From positions 512,001 to 576,000 of the forward strand of contig OY761159.2 of the NCBI GenBank assembly GCA_963664395.2: DNA of 64,000 nucleotides, written 5' to 3'. Each line of letters opens with the position of its first letter. Within the stretch, counting starts at the first letter, position 1. Made by a program: the position numbers and the translations under genes. Of this stretch, positions 52,064 to 62,375 are shown piece after piece. Under the pieces are notes generated by a model. That model searched no databases, was not told where the DNA came from, and saw only the letters and a list, made by a program, of their open reading frames with translations. The DNA is from Candidatus Binatia bacterium. Its GTDB lineage: Bacteria; Desulfobacterota; Binatia; Bin18.

Positions 52064-53179
52064 TCACAGACCTGACGCTACCGGGTGCGCGTCCATCGAC
52101 CGCACCACATCCATCTGCTTGAGCAGGGGCACGATCTCTTTCCCAAAACGGATGGTGTCGTCATAAAAGGAGAGAAAGATCAGCAGCACCCCATCCAGGC
52201 CGAGCGCATACAGCCGGGCGAGTTTTTCGGCCACCTGCTCGGCCGTGCCCACAATGGGCAGCGCGCCCCCACCGATGACAAACATCTCTTTGGTAAAACT
52301 GTCGAACGAGCCGCTTTCCATACCCAGTCCGCGCGCCCAGTTTGCCAGGGCTACGTCGTCTGCGGCATCGATAATGCGCTGTTTTTCTTGTTCCGCCTGA
52401 TCCGTGTCGCGCCACAGCACAAACGGACAGCCCGCGCTCAGGACTGTGCGCTGATACGCTTTGGCCCGCGCCCGGATATCGGTCGTCATCTCGCGTGTCG
52501 CCTCAATGTTTGGCGGGCTCAGAAAGATCCAGTCGCACAAGCGGGCAACCACGTCGCGGGCATCGGCCGAAGAGCCGGCATTCACAATGGGCGGATGGGG
52601 CTTTTGCACCGGCTGCGGCATGACATAGCCGCCGGTGATGTGGTACCACGGCGAGTCGTAATTGAACGTGCCGGGCTCGGCCGTCCACAGCCCTTTCAGG
52701 ATGGAGATAAAATCAGCCGTGCGGGCATAGCGTTCCTGATGGGGCAGGAGTTCAACGCCCATCATGTCAAAGTCGTGCGCGTTCCAGCCACTGACGATAT
52801 TGATCCCCCAGCGCCCCTGGCTGATATGATCCAGTGTCGCCCCCATTTTGGCGACAACCAGCGGATGGAAGACCGGCACATGAACGGTCGAGTAGACTCT
52901 GATGGTTTGGGTGACGGCCAGGAGCGCGGCCGCCCAGGTCATGGTCTCTTGCGAATAGCCCATGTAATTGGTCGCGCCGCCGAACCCGCGCCAGCGGCTG
53001 ACCGGGAACAGGAAGTTGAAGCCGGCTTCTTCAGCGGCGAGCGCAATCTGCTTGTTTGACGCAAACGTCCAGTCGTCAGGCTCGGGCTTATAGCTGCTGA
53101 TATGATAGGTCGCGCTACAATTGGGCATGAAAATGCCGAGTTGCAGGCCGTCACGTTCGTTGTTTTCATCCTGGGTCAT
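52064..53179 (-). CDS. LLM class monooxygenase (RutA/SfnG-like)
   Basis: [32 protein letters not shown]. Confidence 0.9.
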   Translation of the reverse strand: MTQDENNERDGLQLGIFMPNCSATYHISSYKPEPDDWTFASNKQIALAAEEAGFNFLFPVSRWRGFGGATNYMGYSQETMTWAAALLAVTQTIRVYSTVHVPVFHPLVVAKMGATLDHISQGRWGINIVSGWNAHDFDMMGVELLPHQERYARTADFISILKGLWTAEPGTFNYDSPWYHITGGYVMPQPVQKPHPPIVNAGSSADARDVVARLCDWIFLSPPNIEATREMTTDIRARAKAYQRTVLSAGCPFVLWRDTDQAEQEKQRIIDAADDVALANWARGLGMESGSFDSFTKEMFVIGGGALPIVGTAEQVAEKLARLYALGLDGVLLIFLSFYDDTIRFGKEIVPLLKQMDVVRSMDAHPVASGL

Positions 53180-53361
53180 CAGACCATCCTCTCCACATTC
53201 TGCAGGCGGGCCGAGGAAGCGTATCGCCTCACGGCACCGGACAGTTTTTCTTACACTGCTGGGCTCGATAGTTGAAGGACAACCCGGACATTGCGCCTCA
53301 CACAGCGCTACGCAGATTCACCCCTGGACCATAGACGTGCTCGGCTCCCTATGGCAGGGTC

Positions 53362-54927
53362 ATGCCTATGACAGACACACAGGCGCCCACAGAGGGCTAT
53401 CGTTGGGTGGTGCTTGCTAGTAGCGTGCTGGTCTTTACCATTGCCTTTGGGTTTGGCTGGACGTATATCGTCATGGTCGTTGCCCAGGTGCTGGCCGACC
53501 TGGAATTAGAGCTGGCGAGCTGGGCGACGCTGTGGTCGGCCATCTCCTTTGGGACGCTTGTTTCGGCCATGATTGGCGGGGCGCTGGGCGATCGCTACGG
53601 GGTCCGAAAAATCGTCGGGCTTGGGGTTGTGCTGATGGGTGTCACCCTGCTCATGCGGGCCACAGCCACAGATTTCAGCTCAATGTATATCTGGATGTTT
53701 CTGTTCGGTATCGCCCTCGCCCTGACATTTCCGAACGTCCCCAAAGCGCTGGGCATGTGGTTTGCGCCGGAAGAATTCGGTCTGGCCAATGGCGCAACCC
53801 AAGCCGGCTACGGCGTTGGCGCGGCCCTGGCCCTGGCGCTGACGCCGCTGGTGCTGGAGCCGGTCGGCGGCTGGCGCACCCTGACCACCATCCTGGGCGG
53901 GGCCACGATAGCCATTGGTGTGCTGTGGTTCGTGATCGTCCGAGACCGGGCGCCCGAGCCGTCCAAGGCCGGGGCCGCGCACATCGGCACCCTGGCTGCG
54001 ATCCGCCAGGTCCTCAGCATCCGGGACACCTGGACTCTGGCGGTCTGCCACATGCTGTTTCTGGGCGGCTATATCGGCATCATCGGCTATGCGCCGACCT
54101 ATTTTGCGGACGTGCAGGGCATGACGCCGGCCACGGCCGGCATCATCGTCTCGCTCGTCATGTGGGCCTTCGTAGTCGGCGCGCTGGTCCTGCCATCCGT
54201 ATCGGACCGGGTCGGCCTGCGAAAACGTTTCTATTCCCCGTGTATGTTCATCGCCGGGGCGTGCATGGTGCTGGCCGGCTACGCGCTGGGCACGCCGCTG
54301 TGGATTGTGGCCCTGCTGTGGGGCTTCTTCGCCGGAGCAGCTCCTCTGGCGTTCGTGGTTCCGCTGGAAATGGAAGGCGTCGGTAGCCGCCTGGCCGGCT
54401 CCGCGGTGGGCATTGCCATCACCGCCGGCTATCTGGGCGGCGTGCTCGCCCCGGTCGTGGGTATGTGGCTGGTCAGCTTTACGCCGGTGGCCGGCTTCTA
54501 CTTCTGGGGCGGCTGCTACATGCTGTCGGCCCTGCTGTTTCTTTTATTGAAAGAGACCGGCCCCCTACATCCGCACGGTCGGCTGACCCCGCCTGCTCCG
54601 GACAAGGTGCGAAGTAACGAGGAACCCACCCCGGCCTTCGGCCACCCCTCCGAGGAGGGGATTTTTCTGTTGTCTACGCCCTGGCGCTCGGCCGGGCGGA
54701 TACGGCTGCGTGCCAGCGAGCCATATTTTTTTGATCCGGCTGGATCGCAATTTTTACTACCCGGCCAAAATCCACCGCGCACTGGGCGACAATGTCGGCT
54801 ACGGTGTAACGCTCGCCCGCAATATATTGGCGGTCGGCTAAAACTTCGTCCAGCCAGGCCAGACTCTTTTCCGCCTTGTCTTTTGACACCGCGGCAAACT
54901 CCGGCACCTGGGACACGCGGCCTTTGA
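53362..54927 (+). CDS. MFS transporter (3' end reads through a REP element into the GST gene; true end uncertain)
   Basis: About 12 TM helices, GALGDRYGVRK motif A, SDRVGLRK, ...LKETGP. Confidence 0.85.
   Translation: MPMTDTQAPTEGYRWVVLASSVLVFTIAFGFGWTYIVMVVAQVLADLELELASWATLWSAISFGTLVSAMIGGALGDRYGVRKIVGLGVVLMGVTLLMRATATDFSSMYIWMFLFGIALALTFPNVPKALGMWFAPEEFGLANGATQAGYGVGAALALALTPLVLEPVGGWRTLTTILGGATIAIGVLWFVIVRDRAPEPSKAGAAHIGTLAAIRQVLSIRDTWTLAVCHMLFLGGYIGIIGYAPTYFADVQGMTPATAGIIVSLVMWAFVVGALVLPSVSDRVGLRKRFYSPCMFIAGACMVLAGYALGTPLWIVALLWGFFAGAAPLAFVVPLEMEGVGSRLAGSAVGIAITAGYLGGVLAPVVGMWLVSFTPVAGFYFWGGCYMLSALLFLLLKETGPLHPHGRLTPPAPDKVRSNEEPTPAFGHPSEEGIFLLSTPWRSAGRIRLRASEPYFFDPAGSQFLLPGQNPPRTGRQCRLRCNARPQYIGGRLKLRPARPDSFPPCLLTPRQTPAPGTRGL
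54623..54660. repeat. REP-like element
   Basis: AACCCACCCCGGCCTTCGGCCACCCCTCC. Confidence 0.7.
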
Positions 54928-55285
54928 AGAATGCGTGCTGTTGTTGAAACGCCAGTGTCGCCGGCTGAAAGAGTTCAAATTCCATGCGCCGATTCCACAT
55001 CTCGACAATCGCCTTGTCCTGTGCGTCTACGCCCATGAGCGGCGGGTCGGGATGGAGTTCTTCAAAATAGCGGCAGATCGCCCCGCTTTCGGCAATGCAG
55101 GTACCGTCGTCGAGTTCGAGTACCGGCACGGTGCCCATGGGATTCTTCTGCGTCCGGAATGCCTCACCGCGATTGACCGCATTGACGATATCAACTTGTT
55201 CGTATGGTACCTCGATACCTTTTTCCGCGATGAATATCCGCACCCGGCGCGGATTGGGTGCGGCTGTTGCGTCATGGATTTTCAT
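54674..55285 (-). CDS. Glutathione S-transferase
   Basis: APNPRRVRIF, NPMGTVPVL, ESGAICRY, YTVADI. Confidence 0.93.
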   Translation of the reverse strand: MKIHDATAAPNPRRVRIFIAEKGIEVPYEQVDIVNAVNRGEAFRTQKNPMGTVPVLELDDGTCIAESGAICRYFEELHPDPPLMGVDAQDKAIVEMWNRRMEFELFQPATLAFQQQHAFFKGRVSQVPEFAAVSKDKAEKSLAWLDEVLADRQYIAGERYTVADIVAQCAVDFGRVVKIAIQPDQKNMARWHAAVSARPSARA

Positions 55286-55366
55286 ACGCTCCTCCCCTGA
55301 ATGAGATGCAGCTACCCTATGTGGCGTATGGGCAGGAAGTAAAGAGGGGAGGTCTCCCAGCAGTGC

Positions 55367-56548
55367 TTAGGCCAGCACCCTGGCAAGCCGGTCAAAGGCT
55401 TCGTGCAACGTTTCCAGACTATTGGCAAAACACAGCCGGATAAATCCTTCGCCGGCCTCGCCAAACGCCGCGCCCGGCGCAAGACCCACCCTGGCCTCGG
55501 AGACAAAACGGCGACACTCGGCCACGCTGTCGGTCATCCCGTCCACGGCGAAGAACACATAAAAAGAGCCGGGGGGAGAGTGGACGCGGACGCGCGGCAT
55601 GGCCCGCAGCCGTTCCACGCTCAGGTCACGGGCGGCTCGATAGCGCCGCACCATGTCACGCACGAATGGTTCGCCTTCCATCACCGCAGTGACTCCGGCA
55701 ATCTGGGTGAAATGGGCCGGACATGAATAGTGAAACTCAATGACCTTTTCAAAAACATCGCCGAGGGGCGGTGGGGCGGTAATCCAGCCCAGCCGCCAGC
55801 CCGACATGGCCCAGGTCTTGGAGAAACTGTTGATCACCAGGACCTTGTCATCCGGCTCCGCCAGGTCCAACAAAGATAGCGCAACGGGCCGGTCATACAC
55901 CAAACGGTGGTAGACCTCGTCAGAAATAAACCACAGGCCACGCTGCCGGCAAAAATCGAGCACCGCTTGCTGGCCGTCCCTCTCCATGACCCAGCCGGTG
56001 GGATTGCCGGGGGAGTTGATGAGGATCGCGGTGGTCTTGTCATCGACTTGGTCAAAGAGCCGGTCCAGATCAAGCGTCCAGGCCTGCTCACCAAACGTCA
56101 GCGGCACAATCCGGGTCTCCCCGCCCATAATATGGATGGTCTCAATCAAGTTCGGCCACACGGGACCAACCACAACCGTATTGGAGCCGGGGTCGGTCAG
56201 GACTTGCTGGATGAGATTGATGGCGACGCAACCGGAGGCGGTAACGGTAATGCGATCCACGTTCACCGGGCGGGCGTGCAAACCGGATGAGTATTCAGCC
56301 AGTGCAGTGCGCAGTTCAGGAATGCCCCGGTTATGGGTGTAAAACGTACAGCCCTGCATCAGGGCATCCGCACCGGCCTGCTTGATAAACTCCGGCGTGG
56401 GTAGGTCGGACTCCCCGAACCAGAGCGGGATCAAGCCTTCGAGACCAAGGCTGGCGTTGGCAATGGCTCGAATCTTCGATTTCGGCAACCGTTCGATTTG
56501 TTCTCTGGCTTGAATGCGCCCCTGCTGTTCAGCCTTCCCCTGTGTCAT
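55367..56548 (-). CDS. PLP-dependent aminotransferase class I/II
   Basis: NSPGNPTG, SDEVY, SFSKTWAMSGWRLG. Confidence 0.94.
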   Translation of the reverse strand: MTQGKAEQQGRIQAREQIERLPKSKIRAIANASLGLEGLIPLWFGESDLPTPEFIKQAGADALMQGCTFYTHNRGIPELRTALAEYSSGLHARPVNVDRITVTASGCVAINLIQQVLTDPGSNTVVVGPVWPNLIETIHIMGGETRIVPLTFGEQAWTLDLDRLFDQVDDKTTAILINSPGNPTGWVMERDGQQAVLDFCRQRGLWFISDEVYHRLVYDRPVALSLLDLAEPDDKVLVINSFSKTWAMSGWRLGWITAPPPLGDVFEKVIEFHYSCPAHFTQIAGVTAVMEGEPFVRDMVRRYRAARDLSVERLRAMPRVRVHSPPGSFYVFFAVDGMTDSVAECRRFVSEARVGLAPGAAFGEAGEGFIRLCFANSLETLHEAFDRLARVLA

Positions 56549-56634
56549 GCTTGCGACAACTCCCTCAGTCGTTTATCTCAGCCAGTCGTTTGTCTCAACA
56601 TAGAGCCGTTCAGGGCCGGAAGGAAGGCCAAGTT

Positions 56635-57279
56635 TCATTGGAGCAAGGCACAGAGCTGGGCCATGTCCTGAAAGACCCGCGCCCCGACGGCAGCAAGGGT
56701 TTCCGCCTCCGAGCCTCGGGCATAGCCGAATACGGCCATGCCAGCCGCCACGCCGGCCCGGACTCCGGGCAGACTGTCCTCAATCACAGCGCAGGTCTCC
56801 GGGGAGGCACCAAGAGTGTGGGCCGCGTGGAAAAACAGGCCAGGGTCGGGCTTCCAGCTTCCGACTTCATAGGCACTCACAATATTCCCCCGAAAATATG
56901 GCAGCAAACCAGTAATCCCAAGGTTCAGCTCAATCTTCTCGCGGGGGCCGCTGGAGGCAACACAAAACGGGATGGACAAGGACTGCAAGGTCTGAATGAC
57001 GACTTCAACACCAGGGATCGGTTGCAGTTGGGCTTGAAAGACTTTGGCACTGCGTACGCGGAAATCGGGAATAAAGGTGTCCGGCACACAGCGACCAAGA
57101 CGACGTTTAACATCGGCCACCCACTCAGCCAGCTTGCGCCCTCTGTATGCGTCCATCGCTTCTGCCAGCGTCAGATTCAGACCTAAGTCCGCAACGCACT
57201 CGACGAACACCTGCTTTTCGAGCGTTTCACTGTCCACAAGCACACCGTCACAGTCAAAGATAACAGCCTCAAATCGCAT
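56635..57279 (-). CDS. HAD family phosphatase (YieH-like)
   Basis: FDCDGVLVDSE, WKPDPG, IEDS. Confidence 0.92.
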   Translation of the reverse strand: MRFEAVIFDCDGVLVDSETLEKQVFVECVADLGLNLTLAEAMDAYRGRKLAEWVADVKRRLGRCVPDTFIPDFRVRSAKVFQAQLQPIPGVEVVIQTLQSLSIPFCVASSGPREKIELNLGITGLLPYFRGNIVSAYEVGSWKPDPGLFFHAAHTLGASPETCAVIEDSLPGVRAGVAAGMAVFGYARGSEAETLAAVGARVFQDMAQLCALLQ

Positions 57280-57328
57280 ACAGAGGTCCACGAGAAAAAA
57301 GTGTCCGGGGTTTGGTCATGCTGCCGTG

Positions 57329-58069
57329 CTAGCTCTGACTTGACTTCCCAAGGGCCTCTTGCCGGAGCTGCTGTATCTTATTCTTGCGCTGCTTCTTCTC
57401 GTCTGGAAGGACGTAAATTTCGTAGAGAACTTCTTTCAGGGTTTCGATAATCACCCTGAGATTTGGAGCGTCCCACTTGTCCCAAGACTGCTCGTGAACT
57501 TTGTTGCTGGTCATCTGTTGTATGTGGCCAAGTACATCGAACAGTTCTGGATCGATTGACTGGTATTTATCTTTGAGGGACTTGATACGGTCTTCATAGT
57601 CGCCATCTGTAAGCCTTTCGTGAACCAGAAGCTCATAGATGGCTTTTCTCATGCAGGCCGAAGCGCCGGTCAAATAGTTCATCTTCAGGCTACCCTCGGC
57701 TTCGGTTATCAACTCCCTTATGGTTCTCGGGACACGTTTATCTACGGTGAAAAAAGAGGTAGGTACTGAGTAGAAAATGTGTGAATCAATGTCTTCAATC
57801 TCTCCCGTGAATGCCCAATATGTCCTCCCATTGTAGCGGCCCACGAAGCTGTCAATACTATCAAATGAGAGATGCATTGACTCCCTTTCGCACGAAGAAC
57901 ATTCGGCCACATATACGTAACACTTCTTCTCGGCACTCCAGTCGAACTCCAGGTGACCCGTGAGACTATAGCTAACGTTTCGCCTGTTGCAGAACGGGCA
58001 ATTATATACGTCACGATCTATGAAGTATTTGCGATCCAGGTAGGACTTATCCAAGTTCTCTTCAGGCAT
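57329..58069 (-). CDS. DUF4145-like (HEPN) protein with N-terminal Zn ribbon
   Basis: CPFC...CSSC; EAEGSL...GASACMRKAIYE; SNKVHE; AT-richer. Confidence 0.7.
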   Translation of the reverse strand: MPEENLDKSYLDRKYFIDRDVYNCPFCNRRNVSYSLTGHLEFDWSAEKKCYVYVAECSSCERESMHLSFDSIDSFVGRYNGRTYWAFTGEIEDIDSHIFYSVPTSFFTVDKRVPRTIRELITEAEGSLKMNYLTGASACMRKAIYELLVHERLTDGDYEDRIKSLKDKYQSIDPELFDVLGHIQQMTSNKVHEQSWDKWDAPNLRVIIETLKEVLYEIYVLPDEKKQRKNKIQQLRQEALGKSSQS

Positions 58070-58165
58070 TTATTATCTATCCCTCCCACGTATTAAGTTT
58101 CCTCCGCCGATGTGGGAAGCCCTCATCCGAAAGCTCTTGAGTCGCACCGCTACATATCGCTCCTC

Positions 58166-58606
58166 TTACGTGTCGTCGCGGAGAAGGGACACACCCGTTG
58201 CGCCCAAAAACAGCGGCAGCAGCGTATCGATAATCATCCAGACCACGACGCTTACATTCTCGCTCTTGCCTGGGGCGAAGTCGGCGCTGACCGACATGGT
58301 GTTGAACCAACTCCAGAAGAAGAGGATACCCACGCCCAGAAAGCCGTAGAACAGGGTACTGGCTGCCAGCCGTTCCCAGGTCACGGGCGCGTCCGGCCCG
58401 GCGCTGCCGGCGCGTTGCATACGGGGATAGCCGACTATCAGCCCCAGCACGATCGCCAGCCCCATTAACGGGTCCAGCAGGTTCCACAGCGGGCTGTACG
58501 GATGCGCTTCGCTTGAAACGTGATAGAGCGGCTCAACTATGGTATGGACCGCAACCGTCACCCCAATCACGATGAGAACGATACCAATGCTTCGCTTGCT
58601 GTCCAT
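58166..58606 (-). CDS. Four-TM membrane protein
   Basis: Four hydrophobic segments; GGGAG RBS. Confidence 0.7.
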   Translation of the reverse strand: MDSKRSIGIVLIVIGVTVAVHTIVEPLYHVSSEAHPYSPLWNLLDPLMGLAIVLGLIVGYPRMQRAGSAGPDAPVTWERLAASTLFYGFLGVGILFFWSWFNTMSVSADFAPGKSENVSVVVWMIIDTLLPLFLGATGVSLLRDDT

Positions 58607-58758
58607 CACTCGGCTCCCTTCTGAGTGTTTGGCCACGATACTGTGTCATACCGGCGATTGCACTGTCTACGGTCAAAGCGCGCGTCATGCCGCGTAAGAG
58701 GGATTTCCGCTGCGGCCAAAACGCGCTATGGAAACACAAGTAGTAAAGGAGGCTGGCT

Positions 58759-59649
58759 ATGGCACGCGTGGCACAACTCGGCTACATCGGCTTGGGCGTC
58801 AGCAATGTTGACGAATGGGAACAATTCGCCACCGGAGTGCTTGGACTCCAGGCGCATACACGCGACCCGGACGGTTCGTTGTTGTTGCGTATGGACGAAT
58901 ACCACCACCGGTTTATTGTCTCCCCTGGTGACGAGGACGACCTCGCTTTGGTCGGCTGGGAAGTTGCGGACGAGGAAACGCTCAAGGCGATGGGCGATCA
59001 GCTCAGCACCCATGATATTGCGGTCGAATGGGGAACCCCGGAAGAGGCCGAAGCCCGGCGGGTCGTTGGTCTGCTCAAACTCCAAGACCCGAATGGCATT
59101 GCAACAGAAATCTTCTATGGGCCCCTCGTGGGCGTGGATACGCCCTTTCAATCTCCGCGCCCGATTTCAGGCTTTGCTACGGGAGACATGGGGCTCGGTC
59201 ATATCACCATGACGGTCGATAGCTTGGAGCAAAGCCTGCATTTCTACCGTGATGTACTGGGCTTTCGCCTGAGCGATTGGGTCCGGCCTCAGCCCGAGCG
59301 CGGCGTGGCCTCAACGCTCAACCTCGCCTTTCTGCACTGCAATCCGCGCCATCACTCCATGGCCTTTTGGGAAGGCACGATGCCCAAACGCATGCACCAC
59401 TTTATGCTGCAACTCCACAATCTGGACGATGTGGGTTCAACCTATGATCTGTGTCAGCGCAATGAGGTGCCGATTGATATGACCTTGGGCCGGCATACCA
59501 ATGACCTGATGTTGTCCTTTTATCTCAAAACCCCCTCCGGCTTCAGCGTCGAATACGGCTGGGGCGCGCGTGAGGTTGATGACACGACCTGGCAGGTTCA
59601 GTTGCATCGAACCGGCAGCATTTGGGGCCATAAGCACGTGAGTCATTAG
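58759..59649 (+). CDS. Extradiol ring-cleavage dioxygenase (BphC/HsaC-like VOC)
   Basis: QLGYIG, GLGH, CNPRHHS, HHFM, LGRHTND, FYLKTPSGFSVEYG. Confidence 0.93.
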   Translation: MARVAQLGYIGLGVSNVDEWEQFATGVLGLQAHTRDPDGSLLLRMDEYHHRFIVSPGDEDDLALVGWEVADEETLKAMGDQLSTHDIAVEWGTPEEAEARRVVGLLKLQDPNGIATEIFYGPLVGVDTPFQSPRPISGFATGDMGLGHITMTVDSLEQSLHFYRDVLGFRLSDWVRPQPERGVASTLNLAFLHCNPRHHSMAFWEGTMPKRMHHFMLQLHNLDDVGSTYDLCQRNEVPIDMTLGRHTNDLMLSFYLKTPSGFSVEYGWGAREVDDTTWQVQLHRTGSIWGHKHVSH

Positions 59650-59666
59650 AGACGATAGAGAGAATC

Positions 59667-59703
59667 CCCCTCACCCTAGCCCTCTCCCCCGAGGGGAGAG
59701 GGA
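59667..59703. repeat. REP-like element
   Basis: CCCCTCACCCTAGCCCTCTCCCCCGAGGGGAGAGGG. Confidence 0.75.
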
Positions 59704-59721
59704 ATTGAAGGAGCGCGTGGC

Positions 59722-60987
59722 GTGATGGACTGGACACATTTGGTTGACTTGGAAAAACGCACGGTCAGCCCTCGGGTTTTTGTTGACGAAGAGGTCTACC
59801 GGGACGAGCAGGAGCGGATCTTCGGCCGCTGTTGGCTCTATCTGGCGCATGAATCTCAGCTCCCGAATCCGGGCGACTTCGTGACCTGCTACATGGGCGA
59901 GGAGTCGGTTCTGGTATGCCGGACGGCAGACGGAAAAATCCGGGCCTTTCTGAACTCCTGTCGCCATCGCGGCGTGCGTATCTGCCGCCTGGACGCCGGC
60001 AGCGCCAAAACGTTTACCTGCCCCTACCACGGCTGGACGTATGACAACCAGGGCCGGCTGATCGGTGTGCCGCAATTCAAGGAAGCCTATTACGAAGAGC
60101 TCAAACGGGAAGACTGGGGTCTGCTCGAAGTCCCCCGTGTGGAATCGTTTCGCGGCCTCATCTTTGCCTGTTTAGACGAGAACACCCAGAGCCTGGATTC
60201 CTATCTCGGGAATATGAAGTGGTATCTTGACCTCATCTTCAACAAAACTGAAGGTGGCATGGTTGCAATGCCAGGATTGCACCGCTGGAATCTTGGCGGC
60301 AATTGGAAGCTGGCCGCCGAGCAGTTTAACGGTGACAACTATCATACCGGTTCCGCGCACGAGAGCATGATGAAAATCGGCCTCGGCCCGGCAGGTGGGG
60401 AATTTCTGGGTGACCAGCCCTGGGTGCGAGACTTTGAAGCCAAGCTGGATAACGGGCATGGCTGGATCAATTTTAAGATTGACATGGCCGGCGGTGTGCC
60501 CGACCCTCTGGCGCACCATATGGAGCGGATGCAGGCTGCTGCAAGACAACGCCTGACGCCGGCCCAAAGCGAGCTGGTCGGCTGTGTCCATGTGGGAACA
60601 GTTTTCCCGAATTTTTCCATCCTGACCTTTCTTGGTTTCTTGACCATTCGGGTCTGGCATCCCCGTAGCCCTCACAATATGGAGGTCTATTCTTGGGGGA
60701 TGATCGAAAAAGAGGCGCCGCCCGAGGTGGTTGAGATCGCTCGGAAGATGCAGATTCTGACCTTTTCACCCAGCGGAATATTCGAACAGGACGACGGCGA
60801 GATGTGGGGCAATAGTGTCAAGGCCATGAGTGGCGCGTACCGCCGGAACTTCCCCCTCAACTACCAGATGGGTGCCGGGCATGGCCGCACCGACCCGGAC
60901 AAGCCCGGTCTGATCCATCCACCCTCAACGGAAATCGGCATCTTTGGTGTGTACGAACAATGGCAGACCCTCATGGGCGGCGCATAA
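59722..60987 (+). CDS. Rieske aromatic ring-hydroxylating dioxygenase alpha subunit
   Basis: CRHRG...CPYHGW Rieske site; NWKLAAEQF.GDNYH...H; EQDDGE. Confidence 0.95.
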   Translation: MMDWTHLVDLEKRTVSPRVFVDEEVYRDEQERIFGRCWLYLAHESQLPNPGDFVTCYMGEESVLVCRTADGKIRAFLNSCRHRGVRICRLDAGSAKTFTCPYHGWTYDNQGRLIGVPQFKEAYYEELKREDWGLLEVPRVESFRGLIFACLDENTQSLDSYLGNMKWYLDLIFNKTEGGMVAMPGLHRWNLGGNWKLAAEQFNGDNYHTGSAHESMMKIGLGPAGGEFLGDQPWVRDFEAKLDNGHGWINFKIDMAGGVPDPLAHHMERMQAAARQRLTPAQSELVGCVHVGTVFPNFSILTFLGFLTIRVWHPRSPHNMEVYSWGMIEKEAPPEVVEIARKMQILTFSPSGIFEQDDGEMWGNSVKAMSGAYRRNFPLNYQMGAGHGRTDPDKPGLIHPPSTEIGIFGVYEQWQTLMGGA

Positions 60988-61000
60988 GGGGGCTCTCCCG

Positions 61001-61519
61001 ATGAACACGGAATACCGCATCCAACTCCGTCACGAGTTCGAAGAGCTGCTCTATCACGAGGCCTGGCTGCTGGATAATGACAAGCTCGAAGAATGGCTTG
61101 ACCTGTTTGCAGACACGATTCGCTATTGGGCCCCGGTCCGCAGCAATCTGCAGGCAGGCCAGGAAGATCTTCTCAGGCCGCATCTCCTGGCCCACTTTGA
61201 TGATGATAAAATCAGCCTGACCTTACGCGTCAAACGTCTGAGAACTGGGGCTGCCCATGCCGAAGAGCCACGCTCACGCATCCGGCATTTTGTCTCTAAC
61301 GTTCAAATTCTTGAGACCCACGGACCGGACCGAGCGCCGGACCGAGTAAAGGTCGGCTCAAATTTTCAGGTCTTCCGCAGTCGCTGGGAAGGGACCGAGC
61401 ACTTGTTTGTTGGCTGCCGAGAAGACTGGTGGCGGCGCATGGACAACACCTGGAAGAATGAAGAACGCTTTATCCTCCTTGACCACAACGTACTGGAGAA
61501 TGTGACCGTATTTTTCTAA
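61001..61519 (+). CDS. Ring-hydroxylating dioxygenase beta subunit
   Basis: LYHEAWLLD...WLDL, AEEPRSRIRHFVSNV, GCRED. Confidence 0.92.
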   Translation: MNTEYRIQLRHEFEELLYHEAWLLDNDKLEEWLDLFADTIRYWAPVRSNLQAGQEDLLRPHLLAHFDDDKISLTLRVKRLRTGAAHAEEPRSRIRHFVSNVQILETHGPDRAPDRVKVGSNFQVFRSRWEGTEHLFVGCREDWWRRMDNTWKNEERFILLDHNVLENVTVFF

Positions 61520-61544
61520 TACAGACCCTCAGTAAGGACACGGT

Positions 61545-62354
61545 ATGGATGCCTCAATCACTGAACTCTTCAATCTCGACGGCCAGGTCGCCCTCATCAC
61601 CGGCGGTGCCAAAGGCATCGGCCAGGGCGTCGCGGAAATCCTGGCCGCGGCCGGTGCACACGTTGCCCTGGCGGATACGGACGCGGAAACCGCGGCCGCC
61701 ACGGCCAAGGCCCTAAACGATCAGGGCCGGACAGCCCTGGCGGTTGGCGCGGACACATCCGACGAGACCTCCGTCAAAAATATGGTGGTCGCGGTCATGG
61801 ACAAATTCCAGCGCATCGACATTCTGGTCAATAACGCGGCTATCTACCCCATGGCCCGGTTGGCCGAAATGGAAACCGCGCTCTGGGATAAAGTGCTGGG
61901 AGTGAACCTGCGCGGTCCGTTCCTGTGCACCCGCTTTGCCGCAGAGCATATGATAGCCGGCGGGCGCGGCGGGCGGATTATTAATATCTCCTCCATCAAT
62001 ACGGCCCGGACCTATCTGGGCATGGCCCATTATGATGCCAGCAAAGGCGGCCTCAACGCGTTTACCCGAGCGAGCGCGCTGGAGTATGCGCCGCATAAAA
62101 TTACGGTCAATACGATTGCGCCGGGGGCGGTGAAAACGCCGGGCTCCCTACGCGTGCGGAGTAATCTGGCCAAGGAAATGGGGCATGAGACGACGGAGCC
62201 GCTCGACGCCGCGTTTGCGGAAAAAATCCCGCTCGGGGATTGGGCCCAGCCGACTGATATTGGCCAGGCGGTGCTGCTGCTCACCAGTCGAGCGGCGCAT
62301 TATATTACCGGCCAGTTGATATATGTGGACGGCGGCCTGATGCTCATGATGTAG
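61545..62354 (+). CDS. SDR oxidoreductase
   Basis: TGGAKGIG, NNAA, YDASK. Confidence 0.93.
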   Translation: MDASITELFNLDGQVALITGGAKGIGQGVAEILAAAGAHVALADTDAETAAATAKALNDQGRTALAVGADTSDETSVKNMVVAVMDKFQRIDILVNNAAIYPMARLAEMETALWDKVLGVNLRGPFLCTRFAAEHMIAGGRGGRIINISSINTARTYLGMAHYDASKGGLNAFTRASALEYAPHKITVNTIAPGAVKTPGSLRVRSNLAKEMGHETTEPLDAAFAEKIPLGDWAQPTDIGQAVLLLTSRAAHYITGQLIYVDGGLMLMM

Positions 62355-62375
62355 TCAGCATAGAGAGGAACGGCA

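Noticed and set aside
54560-54927. Genuine long C-terminal domain on the MFS transporter
   Set aside because: The extension is translated REP and antisense GST sequence; likely a lost stop or indel
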